From: Octopus bimaculoides
Lineage: Eukaryota
DNA: 64,000 nucleotides
Reading direction: 5' to 3'
Assembly: GCF_001194135.2 (NCBI RefSeq)
Contig: NC_069003.1
Coordinates: forward strand, 31,233,518 to 31,297,517
Numbering within the stretch: the stretch's first letter is position 1; the number at the start of each line of letters is the position of its first letter. Under the pieces are notes generated by a model. The model was not told the origin of the DNA and did not search any database. It worked only from the letters and a program-made list of their open reading frames with translations. A program made the translations under genes and the position numbers. Of this stretch, positions 51,321 to 63,990 are shown in pieces.

Positions 51321-52565
51321 AAAGAGTAATCCATCTAAAGAAAATACCATTCTGAACATCATTCTTATTATTGGTATTATTATTCTTGTAAAAGACAGTC
51401 AATCCAACAGAAAACTTTGAAATAACCATCAAGTTTTACAAAACATTAATTGGTCCATTTCTATAACAAAGGGTTTTTGGATCTTATGTTTTTTTTTTAT
51501 TATTATTCCTCTGTCATGATATAAAATTATATGGGAATCTATGTTAGTGTGCATTCGGCTACTTGTGGATAAAGCAGCTTACATGTGCCATAAAAAGATG
51601 TACTATTAGAAGCTATCAAAGAAATCAGTAGAAATTCTAAAACTGGATGACAGTTCAGGTGTATGTCATTTTACGTTTCCTTTCCTTTTATTTCTGTCTA
51701 TTTATTGATTTTTCTTAACGCTGTATTGAATTACGGTCCTTATTTCAAAAAAAAAAAAAAAAAAAAAAAATCAGGTAGGTAGGTAAAAATAAAAATAAAA
51801 ATAAAAATAAAAAAGAAGGCAAAGTGAAAAATGAAATGAAATGAAATGAAATGAAAAGAAGAGAAAATAAGGAAATGATCTTGGATTTTAATTACGTTGC
51901 TGTCACAAGCAGAATTCTATGAAATACTTATAGAGTAGTTTGGTGTCAACTAAGGAGATTGGAAATTCTTTTAAGTAGTCGATTCTAGCTTCATCCATAA
52001 TTAATTTTGTCTCAAAGAAGAAAAATCAAGAGCGTCGTTATAATGATGAACGCTGCTGTGTTTTCAATACGTGGGTTTCAGAAATTGCTCATTACAATGA
52101 CTGTAAATGAACGCTTCATGTTTATTCATTGATATGAAATACAAAGCCGTCAATTTGATCTTTTGTGTTTGTCGAGCGTGTATGCCCACTTGTCGTTTAA
52201 TATGAAGAAGCCAGCGTCTGTGATTGAATAGGGCATTATCGGTATAGAACCGGTTGCTTTTAATCACAATGCCTGAACTGGAATCTTACAAAAGAACTAT
52301 AAAGTTTTAAACTTTAACCGAACTATGGTGATTTGCTGATATCTGATTATACTGTGATAGATATAATCATTGTACAATTGACAGCAGATTACTACTGTCT
52401 TCTAATTGGTTAGGATTGCATTGAAACAAACAAACAAACAAACAAAAAAGTAAAGACCGATTATTGCTCTGATGACAAATATTGTGGTGGAGAATAGTCT
52501 TTGAAATAAACAAAATTGAAGTGTTTCAATAATTCAGTTTTTAATCATAAAATCAAGTTTAGTTT

Positions 52566-53060
52566 TAAAACACATCTTGTGGATGTTCTAGGATGCATCA
52601 TCAGTTTCTGGGGTCTGAGGAAGTTTCATGCCTTTCAGCATCAAACATTATCAAGCAGTTGAGCCAATAGGGATTGGTCAATTCCCAGCTTGCATCCCAG
52701 CAACAACAAACCAATGGTCTCCACTCATTGTTCAAAGTTACCTAACTTCAATGCTTACAGCCCTCATCTTTGTTGTTCTAGTAACACCAAGCCCAGTCCA
52801 AATTTTATAGAATGAATGCCCCACAAAACATCCACAGCCTACTTCAGTTGCCTCACAATGCACCTGCCAGCTCGGATTTCTGCACTGCTCTACCAATTCC
52901 TGGTATTTGGCAAGCTTCCTCATGTGGGTCTCCTCCATACATTCCTCCCAATTCTCAAACGATTACTTGTTTCATGGAATTTGAGATCACTATATCTGGG
53001 CTGAGTGCTGCTGGTTCAATGTAATCTATCAAAAGATGAAGAAATTTTGATTCTCTGTGT
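52566..53060 (-). mobile_element. HERO/NeSL-like REL-LINE 3' end
   Basis: LSPDIVISNSMKQVI, then MEETHMRKLAKYQELVEQC...EVGCGCFVG (cf. RKRAKYQELVEQC...PIEVGCRGF), followed by a HERO-like 3' UTR (ctgatgatgcatcc...aagatgtg). Confidence 0.78.
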
Positions 53061-53463
53061 TTCAGTTCTGTCCTCATCCAAACAAGGTTATTTGACTCGC
53101 AAGAAATAGCAGCTAAAAAGGCAGAATGTGGAGGTAACTATTCTTTTTAGGATGCAGCCTTAAATGACTTTCCTTTGGATGCAGCCTTAGATGTTTACAG
53201 ATGTTGTAGACCCATTGTCTCAGATGTAGTCTCGGATTTCAAATGTGGATCTCTCTCAAGCTGTCAGTGTCAGCAGCTATTGGGACCTGAAATTGGAACC
53301 TTGTGAGTCCTGGAGCTGTAATACCTTAAGATCTTAAGGTAGCACCTACCTTAAGATGGCATTTAACAAGATGGCTGATACTGGAGTGCCTTTTCATAAA
53401 ATACCTGTCAGCTAACCAGGGCTGACACCAACTACAACAATATAATTTGAACTTCGAAATTTT

Positions 53464-53511
<48 letters not shown>

Positions 53512-54180
53512 GCAATAACAATAATAATAGCTCATGTTTTGATACTGGACAAATCTATATCATAATTACTTCCACAAAGATTAACATGAAGGAATTTAAT
53601 ATTTCAAATTTTGTTTTCAAATAACTGCTTTGCTGACTATATTCAAATGCTATTAGGTACCAACATTTATCAAAGCAGCAACAAGAAGAAGAAGAAGAAG
53701 AAGAAGTAAACAGACTTAAATTAAGTTATAAAACAAAATAAAAACAAGAATTCATGCTACGATACACTTCAACCGAACTGGAACACAATTAGAAGAAATA
53801 TTTCATCACTCCCCAGTAATGAATTTTAAATGGCACTTATGCAGTGCTGTTGGTTTATTTCAACACAAATGCTTTTAAAATTATTATCCTGATTGCTTGA
53901 AAAATATTTAGAACTTTGATATAATAGAACACATAGAAAACAATTAAATCATCTGTCCTTGTTTCCCAAGTTTCTGTGGCCATGCTGCAGCAATGCGGTT
54001 TATGGTATAGGTGATTATATTGAACCAGCAGCACTCACCGTATTTCTTTTATTTCAGCAAATCATAATGAATTCGTTGGCCTTGGAAAGATGAAAGAAAA
54101 AGTCGGTGCTTATTAATTCATTGTTAAAGCCTAAACATCTAAACAGTCATTTATTCATTAATTTATTCATTTATTTACAC

Positions 54181-54305
54181 CAGCATGGCTGTGTAGTAAG
54201 AAGTTTGCTTCTCAATCACATGGTTTCAGGTTCAGTTTCATTGTGTGGTTGTCTTCGACAAGTGTCTTCTAGCTTTTGAATGACACCACTCTGCTGGTTA
54301 GGTGT

Positions 54306-54338
<33 letters not shown>

Positions 54339-54497
54339 GACATAGACATATATATATAATGGGCTTCTTTCAGTTTCTGTCTACCAAATCCACTCATAAG
54401 GCTTTGGTTGGCCTGAGGCTATAGCAGAAGACATTTGCCCAAGGTGCCACACAGTGGGACTGAACCTGAAACCATGTGGTTGAGAAGCAAGCCTCTT
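54181..54497. mobile_element. Convergent pair of family A SINEs (+ 54181-54290; - 54360-54497)
   Basis: Both match family A in opposite orientation around a (CA)n spacer. Confidence 0.8.
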
Positions 54498-55083
54498 ATA
54501 TATATATATATATATATATTCATAAGTATCTTATTATAGATTGTTCGATATGTACACTCTGTTGCCATATAAAATTTCATTTCACACCAAATCATCTGAA
54601 TCTGAAAGCGCCATTAATAAAGAATATGATAATGGATAGAGGAATATGCCAATTTACAGCTTTTGGTATTGATACAGTGTGTGAATACTGTCACCAGTGA
54701 CCAACAAAAACCATTGACGTAAAAGTAAAATACTGAAGCTGATGTTGAGGTGCCTTGTGTAACATTATGATGTGTTTTTTTTTGTTTTTAAATTTTTTAT
54801 TAATAACATTTAGTTTTAAGTGGAAATGGAAAGCAACCTGGGAAATTCAGAATGAATAATCAATTTGAACATAAAACCTCAAACCAGCAATTATGCAATT
54901 TTTTTTTTTTTAATATATATATTTTTCTCATCCAATAGATCAGCATCTAACATGGCTTTGTGGTAAGAAGTTTGCTTCCAAACTACATGGTCTTGGGTTC
55001 AATTCCTTTGCATGGCACCCTAGCAGAGCTAGATTAAGACCCATTGAGACCCTAAGCACTTAAAAGATTTTGGTGTCCCCATA

Positions 55084-55249
55084 TACCGTATTTTAACATG
55101 TATAAGGAACCCTTTTTTTTTTGTCAAAAATTAGGTTTAAAAATTTTGAGATCTTCTTATTCATGGATAGTATTATAATCCCTTACAAAACCTTTTTTTC
55201 AGATTTTAAGCTCCCAAAATTAGGTGCATGTACACGCTAAAATACCGTA
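55084..55249. mobile_element. pogo/Tigger-type MITE
   Basis: TA-flanked imperfect TIRs taccgtattttaacatgta / tacacgctaaaataccgta. Confidence 0.6.
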
Positions 55250-55336
55250 TATGTAATTCAAAATATAAACCATAAAATTATTTTTTTATTTTTTTCATTT
55301 CAAAATGAAATAAGATGGAAAATAATGTGATATTCA

Positions 55337-55516
55337 AAGGCAGCGAGCTGGCAGAATCGTTAGCACGCCGGGCGAAATGCTTAACAGCATCTCATCTGCT
55401 GTTACGTTCTGAGTTCAAATTCTGCCGAGGTCGACTTTGGCCTTTCATCCTTTCGGAGGTCGATAAATTAAGTACCAGTTATGCACTGGGGTCGACTTAA
55501 TTGACTGCCCCCCCCC
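55337..55516 (+). mobile_element. Family B SINE (young; CpGs retained)
   Basis: Close to the family consensus; runs into a gap. Confidence 0.85.
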
Positions 55517-55787
55517 NNNNNNNNNNNNNNNNNNNNNNNNNNNNNNNNNNNNNNNNNNNNNNNNNNNNNNNNNNNNNNNNNNNNNNNNNNNNNNNNNNNN
55601 NNNNNNNNNNNNNNNNNNNNNNNNNNNNNNNNNNNNNNNNNNNNNNNNNNNNNNNNNNNNNNNNNNNNNNNNNNNNNNNNNNNNNNNNNNNNNNNNNNNN
55701 NNNNNNNNNNNNNNNNNNNNNNNNNNNNNNNNNNNNNNNNNNNNNNNNNNNNNNNNNNNNNNNNNNNNNNNNNNNNNNNNNNNNNNN

Positions 55788-55833
<46 letters not shown>

Positions 55834-56057
55834 TATCTATATACATATATACACACACGTATATATATATACACATATGCACACACATATATATATACAT
55901 ACATATATACATATATAGTATATATTCATCCTTATATATACATATATATTATATGTGTATCCCTTTATCTACCTGTCCATTTATGTATGTATGCATATAA
56001 GTATGCATGTATATATATATGTATGTTTGTAGGTATCTCTGTATGTATGTATCTATA

Positions 56058-56100
<43 letters not shown>

Positions 56101-57659
56101 TCATGTGTAGTCGTAGTTATATGAGAATTTTATAATCATAAAATCGTATGTGAATAGACTCTCAAGAGTAGAAGATAAAAGCTGATATTTATATCACCAG
56201 GCAAACTTTAGTTGACTCAATTTGACACATCTGTGAAGTATTAACAGTGTACTCTTCATGATTAAGCCATTAATATAGTCATTATATTCAAATATATTTA
56301 TATTTCCAAAGCATGTCTGGCAAAAAAAAAAAAGAAAAAAAACTTTATGTATTTATCTTGCAATGTTAAAGACTATACACAGGGATTTCATAATTTAAAT
56401 ATAACTTGAGACCATAGTAATAGACGGATAAACAGCACGTTTAAGAATATTGTGATATAGTTTGATTAGGAAGCCAGAATGTGGTCTCCTAGGGAAATTT
56501 GAGTGGTAATTCCATGGCAAACAACCAGTGTTGCATAAAATAGGTTATTTAACACTTTTGGTTGAAGAGAGTTCCTTGTACAAACATACAATACTTTCCT
56601 TTCAAATAGTATTTAAAATAATGAAGACTCTTTTTTAAAGTAACATTGTCATTATTAAGATGGCTTTAAGACAGTGTCTGAAGCAAATCAATATGATATT
56701 TTGAAGACAGGTTTTAATTTAGCTCACTTCAAAACAGGATGTTTTATCTCTTACATGGCTTTGGTTAGCTAGGAGCTGGGAATTTTTCTAGCTGTGTCAT
56801 CCCTTACATAAAATCAACCAGAATATTCAGTTGTAATAAATCATATTTATTTCTATATTGCCATTAAAAAAGGTCATTGGTTGAAGGCTGTTAGGCTGAA
56901 TGCCTGTAGCTTATGTAGCAATGTACATTTGGCAGGAGGAGAAAATGGGAATCTCCATGTTTGGTTAGGTGGTCTTCTAACATGTAGCCAAAGTGGTTTG
57001 ACTCTGCCCAGTGACCAAGAAAACACTCACTCTCCTTTCTGTATGTTTGCTTCTTGTGCATGTCAATTTATAAACATTATTTGGTATGAAATTGTATGGA
57101 ATTTTCCATTACACTTCATACCTACACAAATGTGCCAGAGTAGTGATGGGCTAAAATATAGGCTAAGACCACCTTGCCATCATTTGTTACTGGGCTGACA
57201 TGATTTTGAATGCTGAGTACTGCTATACATAGAACAAAGGGCAGTTTTAGGCAAATTGGTATCAAAAGGGTTAATTCTGTTGATTTTAGACTTATTTTCT
57301 TTGTGAGTGAAATATCGAATAGTTAACTTATGTCTGCATAGAAAGTTAGTTAGTTTTCCTCAAGTTAATTGGCTTCTGACTTATATAATGTTGGTAATAA
57401 AGAGATTTTTACTAATCAAATCTACACCTTTAGTGTGAAAAACCAATCAGTATTTAAATAACTAATTCTGGTTAAAAAAGACAGTGGAAAAAAATCGATG
57501 AAACTAAGTTAAAATCATAGCAGTGAAATGAGGAACAAGTAAGATCATTGGTAATATAGTTGATAACTCTGGACATGTTTTGAACTCATTAAACCTCATC
57601 AGGGAAGCAACGTCTAATCATTACATCTTCTATGTCCCTTATTCCATTATTATGGGAGC

Positions 57660-57860
57660 GGAGGCTTCAGGCATCTATTGGATCCTAAAAGCAACAACCA
57701 CAACCACCATTACATACTCCTGCTGGATTCCTAACAGTGGCCAACTGAAACTATGGGTACTCTCCTACCATTTGTTCTTGGTGTGTCCCTAGGTCTCCTG
57801 CCATTTGACTCAGCTTGAAGAATCTGCCTTGTGATTCTTTCCTGTAGCATTCTAACCATG
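57660..57860 (-). mobile_element. RTE (Expander-like) LINE 3' fragment
   Basis: VRMLQERITRQILQAESNGRRPRDTPRT (cf. RMPQERLPKQ...GRRPVGRPRTRW). Confidence 0.6.
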
Positions 57861-59439
57861 GTAATGAAATATGGCTAAAGAAATATTTTCTGTTCTTTTA
57901 TCAGTATTATAATGAACAGAAAATTTATTCTTGATTCTAAGATATCTCTACAGGCAAGTAAATTTATTAATGAGATAAAATCTCATATGTCATTTATTCA
58001 TTAGAGACATTCATCTACACCAAGATTGGAATTTTAAATACTTCTGACAAGTCCAAAGTTTCTAGAATCTGGCTGTTTTAAAAGAAGCCATTTCTAGATC
58101 ACTGAACTGTGACCATGCTGGGGCAACACCTGAAAAGTTTTTAGCTGATTATTGATCTTAAATCTTAATTTAAATATTGCCATTAATATGATAAAGCTGT
58201 CTGTTGATCATTGAACTGTGAACATACTGGAGCAACACCTTGAAAGTTTTCAGTTTGTTTATTGATTCTAATTCTTAATTCAAATATTACCATCAACATG
58301 ATAAATCCACTGCTAAGTCTGGTGTCCATCTTAGCAATCTCTTATTTATTGCACTCTCGTTTATGGGTCATAAACACAGATGCTGGTTTGTTTTAAGTAG
58401 TGTCAATGTAAAGAGAGAGACATAAGACGGGCACCTACCAGCACACATACTCACATGCACACATACACACATATGCACACATATACAGTGACAGTTAAGA
58501 ACAGAATCATCTACAGTGATGTAAGACTGATCTTAGTATAGCTTTACCTATTGGAGTGTTAAGACAGTGAGAGATTAGAATAGAACCCTCTATAGGGGTA
58601 TAAGCTGGTGACAGATTAAAACAAGCACGGGGCAACATTTTACAAGCAGTTAGCTGCATGAAATATAACTCATCACCGAATGACCTGAACTACTTAAATC
58701 CAAGGTAATTTTTCATTGAAAGTTCCTCGGCCATCTTCAGTACAGAAGATCATACATGCAAGCTTCTGCCTTAGAAAAGGGGAAATATCGATTTTTTTTC
58801 TTTGTATTTTTTGTTTCTTTTTCAAACAAGATTTTTTTTTTTTTTTTTCTATAATTAAAAAATTTAAGTTTTGGTATAAACTTGATCCTGAAACATTTCT
58901 ACAGGCAAGTGAACTTATTAATGAGATAAAATCTCAGATCTGAAATACCACAAGATCTGAAAGACTGATTTGCATATTCATTTTTAATATGTTCCAGCAG
59001 ATCTGAATGCAAATATGCTAGTTGCTGTTGCACACGTCACAGAATGATTTGCTAATATTAAAAGAATATTTACAGTTTTTGCTCCAGCTCTCTGAACTTC
59101 AATGAAATGTTTCAAAATTCAAGAAATACCATGCTTAATCATTGTAATGTATGTTGTTTATTTGCACTGTTTCAAGTTATGGTGGTTGAGGAAAAAAATA
59201 GTTGAGTGAAGCAACTAAAAAGTAAATAAATAAGTAAATAAATATGAGATAGATAGAAATAGAAATTAACATGACTTGACAAGATGACTGAAACAACTAA
59301 AATACTGGGGAAAAAAAATATGAGAAAAATAGATGAGGAAAATAGTCTAACCAAACCTCTTAGAATGATTAAAACACTACCTAACAAAATACAGACATGA
59401 AACATCATATTTATTATTCATTTGTTATTGACGTCAATA

Positions 59440-60070
59440 GAAATAATTTACAAATTTCTGTGAAACACTTGACATCATAGAACTTTTTTTTTTTAGCAAC
59501 TTTTCCAATGTTTACAAATATTTGTGATGTTGCAACTCATAAATTGTCATAGAAATGAACATCTGTCAATCTTGACTTAGTTTTTGACACTATTTTCATT
59601 CTAGAAAAAAAGTTGTTCACATATATACGTACTACAAATCATGGCAGGATATTTTTGAGTGTAACGCAATTTTGCGGTAGTTTTCTTCAGGAACAGTTTC
59701 ATAAAACTGCAACAGGAATTCATCTTCCAATTTTAGCTAAAAACAAAAATTCATCACTTTGAATCTCGGTTATTTTCATGCTATTTTTTCAACATTGGCA
59801 TTAAATCGATTTCCAAAAAAGTTAAAATCAGCTTCTCTGGCTTTGGAGTCCTTAAATTTGGCATTTAGCTATTTTTTTCAACACGTTTAACTTCACAGCA
59901 AAACCGTTTTATCCAGATTCACTGTAAATGGTTTGTATGGGGAAATGGAAAGCATCACCAATCCCAAGTTGGTTCTTCCAAATTTGAAGTTTTGTTCTAA
60001 AAGCTTCAAGTTGAGACTACATCTCATGAATCAACTGTTTTTGCTTTTACAAATTTAAATTGAGGATTCA
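59440..60070 (-). pseudogene. Decayed hAT transposase (SPIN/GTF2IRD2-like) C-terminal region
   Basis: LNLNL*KQKQLIHEM*SQLEAFRTKLQIWKNQL..GDAFHFP and TYICEQLFSRMKIV..SRLTD (hATC dimerisation domain motif). Confidence 0.75.
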
Positions 60071-60296
60071 AAATAGAGTTTTAGAGTTAGAATAATATCG
60101 TTTATAGGAATATTAGGTATAAGGATACAAGACTGTGGCAGTCTGTAGTGGTGTAAGTCTGGTTTTAGTATCGATTCATTTGTAGGATGGAAGATAGTGA
60201 GGTTAGTGTAGGAATCTCTAGATTGTAGTAGAGTTCAGTATGTTTATTTGTTATGGAGAGTTAAGAATCTGATATCTTTCAAAATATGCCTTTCTT

Positions 60297-60333
<37 letters not shown>

Positions 60334-61039
60334 GGACGGACAGACGGGCAGACAGACAGACAAACACAGACAGATAGTGAGAAAGAATATAGTAAAAGAA
60401 AAATAGTGTTGTTAATTTGTCTGTTAAATTCAATTTGCTGGTTTCTAACATTGCAACAACACCACTCTCTCTCTCTCCCTCTTTCTCTCTCTCGTTCTCT
60501 CTTCCCCTCTCTCTTTCTCTCTTTCTCTCTCACTCTCAGTGCAACATCACAAGATATCGGATTCTTCACTCCTTGTAACAATTGAACATATATAAGATCT
60601 TATATATTGACTGTTGCCAATGCAAATCAGTCATAAGTTTTCTTGTATTTCAGATTTTATATCTGGCTACTAAATGGGTCATATTAAATGTTACATATTT
60701 ATATTAAGTTTTAAATAGTTTTCATTAATTGAACTTATTTAAACGAATCCCATTTATGCATTTTATGTGCTACTTCAGTTTATTGGAAAACACTTTAGAA
60801 GTATTAAAAATGTTCACACTAATGGCATGAAAACACATCAATATGTTGTATTTTGGAAACTAAACTTATATATTATGACTCGGGGGACTATTTCACTTTA
60901 ATAAATCAATATCATCCTAACAAATCGATATGAAATAATTATGTGCTGATTGAAAATTTTAATATTTGAAACTGAAAGCTTCAGAGACAATATTTTGTTA
61001 CAAGATATACATGTAGTATGTCAATAATATAGGAAATAA

Positions 61040-61790
61040 TTGAAATGAAGAAATAACCAGAACAAATAGTGGTGGAGTCGATCTAGAGAGAGACTCCCTG
61101 ATCTCTGAGTTATGCACCCTGTTGAGTAATGTTGCTTCAGAGATACTTCAGTGGAATCCCCTTTTTGACTGCTCATATTCATAATCATTCTCTGTTGATC
61201 ATTACCCAACATTCATGACCAAAGATGAGGATAAGCGTGAAAATGGAATTAAAGTTAGCAAGTTTAGCTTTTTTTTTTTTTTTTAGATAATCTTTCCTAT
61301 TCTGAAGATCAAACACTGGAACTATCACATTACTGTGCTTGCATCTGCGACTCTAGTATCCAGTTCAACCTCTTGCTTCTGTAACTCATGAATATGGCTC
61401 CTAGATACTTAAACTTTCCTTCTTACTTCAGCGATGTTCCACTAACGTGCAGAATACACAGGGAAGATGTTGTTGAGAGAACCAATATCTCAATCTCTTC
61501 AGCTCTGATTCTCATCCAGGTTGAACTGCCACTTCTCTGCATTGAGAAGTCACAGCTCTGTTATTATAGAAATGCAGACCAAGACAGCAATTTTGGTTTT
61601 CTTATATCTCTTCTTTTGAGAATCAAATGCTGGAGCTAGCACATTACTGTTCCAGCATCCATGACAATTCTAGTAATTAATTCAGCCTCCTGCTTCCCAT
61701 CACTCATGAAATAAATGGCCCCTAGATATTTAAACTTCACTTGTTTCAGAGATGTTCCCCTAACACGCAGAGTACACTTGAAAGACTTTT
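61040..61790 (-). mobile_element. Rearranged RTE (Expander-like) fragments
   Basis: Two copies of ..VSGTSLK..KFKYLGAI(F/Y) (61335-61510, 61638-61787) plus a downstream TLLNRVHNSEIRESL segment. Confidence 0.7.
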
Positions 61791-62451
61791 TTTTGCGGGG
61801 AGGATCCAAATGCTACAAGAATATTAAATAAGATATTTTTTCCAAATATTTAACAGCTGATAAAGATCTTAATACGTATCTCCTCCTATACACTCCAGAA
61901 TTATCAAGAGGAACTAAATTATCTTACTAATTATTCAGCTTAGTTAATGGATCTACTCTGTTTCATATATCATATCTGAATTGAATAAAATCAGGGATCA
62001 TATAACACACATTGATTTTTCTAAAAAGGAATTACTGTTCGTGAATTCATTATGAGTAATGCTTTAAAAATAAATTAGCTTTGAAGCTGTCAGTGTATCT
62101 TTTTAAAATATAATTGATTTTTTTTTTAAATATAATATTTTTGTATCCTTCACATATCATATCATTTCCTCCTCTCCTGTTGCTTTTCCATCTCATAAAA
62201 TAGTTCAATTTTCCCTCTTTTTGTCAGACAGAAAATAATTATATGTTGTTTAATTTTTTAATTTATTGTTTAATTTTTTTTATTGGTAATTTTTTTTTGT
62301 CTTATTTTTCTTTAAGTTTAAATAGTTTAAATGGACGAGAAGACCCTTGTGAGTTTAATTTTATTATATAAATGTATCAATAATTCAATTTGCTTTATAT
62401 AATAATGACTGAAAAAACTAAATGAAAAACGATAAAAGAAATAGCTAATTA

Positions 62452-62670
62452 GGGCAGCGAGCTGGCAGAAACATTAACACGCATGGCGAAATGCTTTGCA
62501 GTATTTTGTCTGCCATTACGTTCTGAGTTCAAATTCTGCCAAGGTCGACTTTACCTTTCATCCTTTTGGGGTCGTTAAGTACTAGTTATGCACTGGGGTC
62601 GATGTAATCGACTTAATCCCTTTGTCTGTCCTTGTTCGTCCCGTCTGTGTTTGGCCCCTTTTGAGCAATA
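62452..62670 (+). mobile_element. Family B SINE with an alternative tail
   Basis: Family B body, then taatccctttgtctgtccttg...aataaagaaataag. Confidence 0.8.
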
Positions 62671-62959
62671 AAGAAATAAGAAATAGTTAATTGTTGGCTG
62701 AGTATATATTTCAGAATTGAAATGCAATATTTCCCAGCATGCAAGTTAAATTTTCCAAACCAAAATTAACAGCCAACCTGCCAAAAATGGTAGTTTGGCT
62801 TATAACACCAAGATGACTTTGGAGGGACCAAAAATTTCATCAGAAAAGCAGCAGGATTTGGGAAGATAAGTGATGGTGTCTGAATATTTACATTACTTAC
62901 TGTATTATATGGTATGTATGAGTAAATTAAGAAAATCTCTACAGTCCCTAGACTTGTTA

Positions 62960-63205
62960 GAAATAGCAGCTAAATCTCCTTCAAGTGTGCATGTGTATGT
63001 GCCTTTGTGTCTGTATTTGCCCACCCCCACTTGACTACTAATATTGGTGTGTTTACATCCCTATAACATACCAGTTTGTCAAAAGACTGGCAGAATAAGT
63101 ATCAGGCTTTAAAAAATAAGTCTGGGGTGGTGGGGGGGCAATTCATTCGACTGAATCTCTTCGTGGTGGTGCTCCGGCATGGCCACAGTGTAATGAATGA
63201 AACAA
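62960..63205 (-). mobile_element. Family D repeat
   Basis: ggtggtgctccggcatggccacag is the reverse complement of the family D head. Confidence 0.7.
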
Positions 63206-63816
63206 ATGAAAGATAAAATAGCAATTGGACTTATTTAACCATTCAACTGGGTAATTAAATTTCATGGCCATTCTTGGAATGATGTTAATTATCCGCCAAA
63301 AAACACGGTTGAGATTTTCTGCATCTGCAATACTTTTCCAGTACCTTCTGTAGGTATGATCTTCCATATCCACCTCGAGAAACATTTGATTCTTGCTCTA
63401 TAAAGAGATATTTTATGAAATATGCGAAACAAATTAAGAAAATCTGAGAAATTATCTTTTGTAAAAAGTATTGTTAGAGGGTGTCTCTGCTTTCTCTAGA
63501 GAGTTTTTTTTTTTGTGGGACAAAAATACCATTCTCCACAGTTGATGGTTATAAAATTTTGAACAGCTATATCCGTGTTCAGTGTTCAAAGAGTTAAACA
63601 AATCCCTTTTATGTTTTTTTATATAATAATTCAGTTTACTGGAAGACGCTAAGAAGCATTAAAAATTTTTACGCTGATAGCATGAAAGCACGTTGAGTAT
63701 GTTGATAATTAAATTTATTAACTGGTTATTGACTAATCCTTTCATCATGTGGAAATATTAAATATCAAACAACAACAATAAAAAAAATTTATGTCTCGGT
63801 TGTTTTACACAGTTGC

Positions 63817-63990
63817 AAGCATGGCTGTGCGGTTAGGAAGCTTGCTTTAAACCATTTGGCTTCGGGTTTAGGTTCAATCTGACTGTGCTGCACCTTGGGC
63901 AAGTTTCTTCCACTACAGGTCAGAGCTGACTAATACTGTATGGGTGAATTTGGTAGACAGAAGTTGTCTGGAATCCTGGAACCCTTATAT
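63817..63990 (+). mobile_element. Family A SINE (diverged)
   Basis: Family A head, core and tail followed by (TA)n. Confidence 0.72.

Noticed and set aside
56881-57198. 105-aa ORF
   Set aside because: Starts at an alternative codon, shows no domain similarity, and its 3' part runs into a probable MITE ending aaagggttaa near 57275.
58940-59150. Possible second hAT transposase relic on the plus strand
   Set aside because: Similarity (FANIKRIFTVF) too weak to support.
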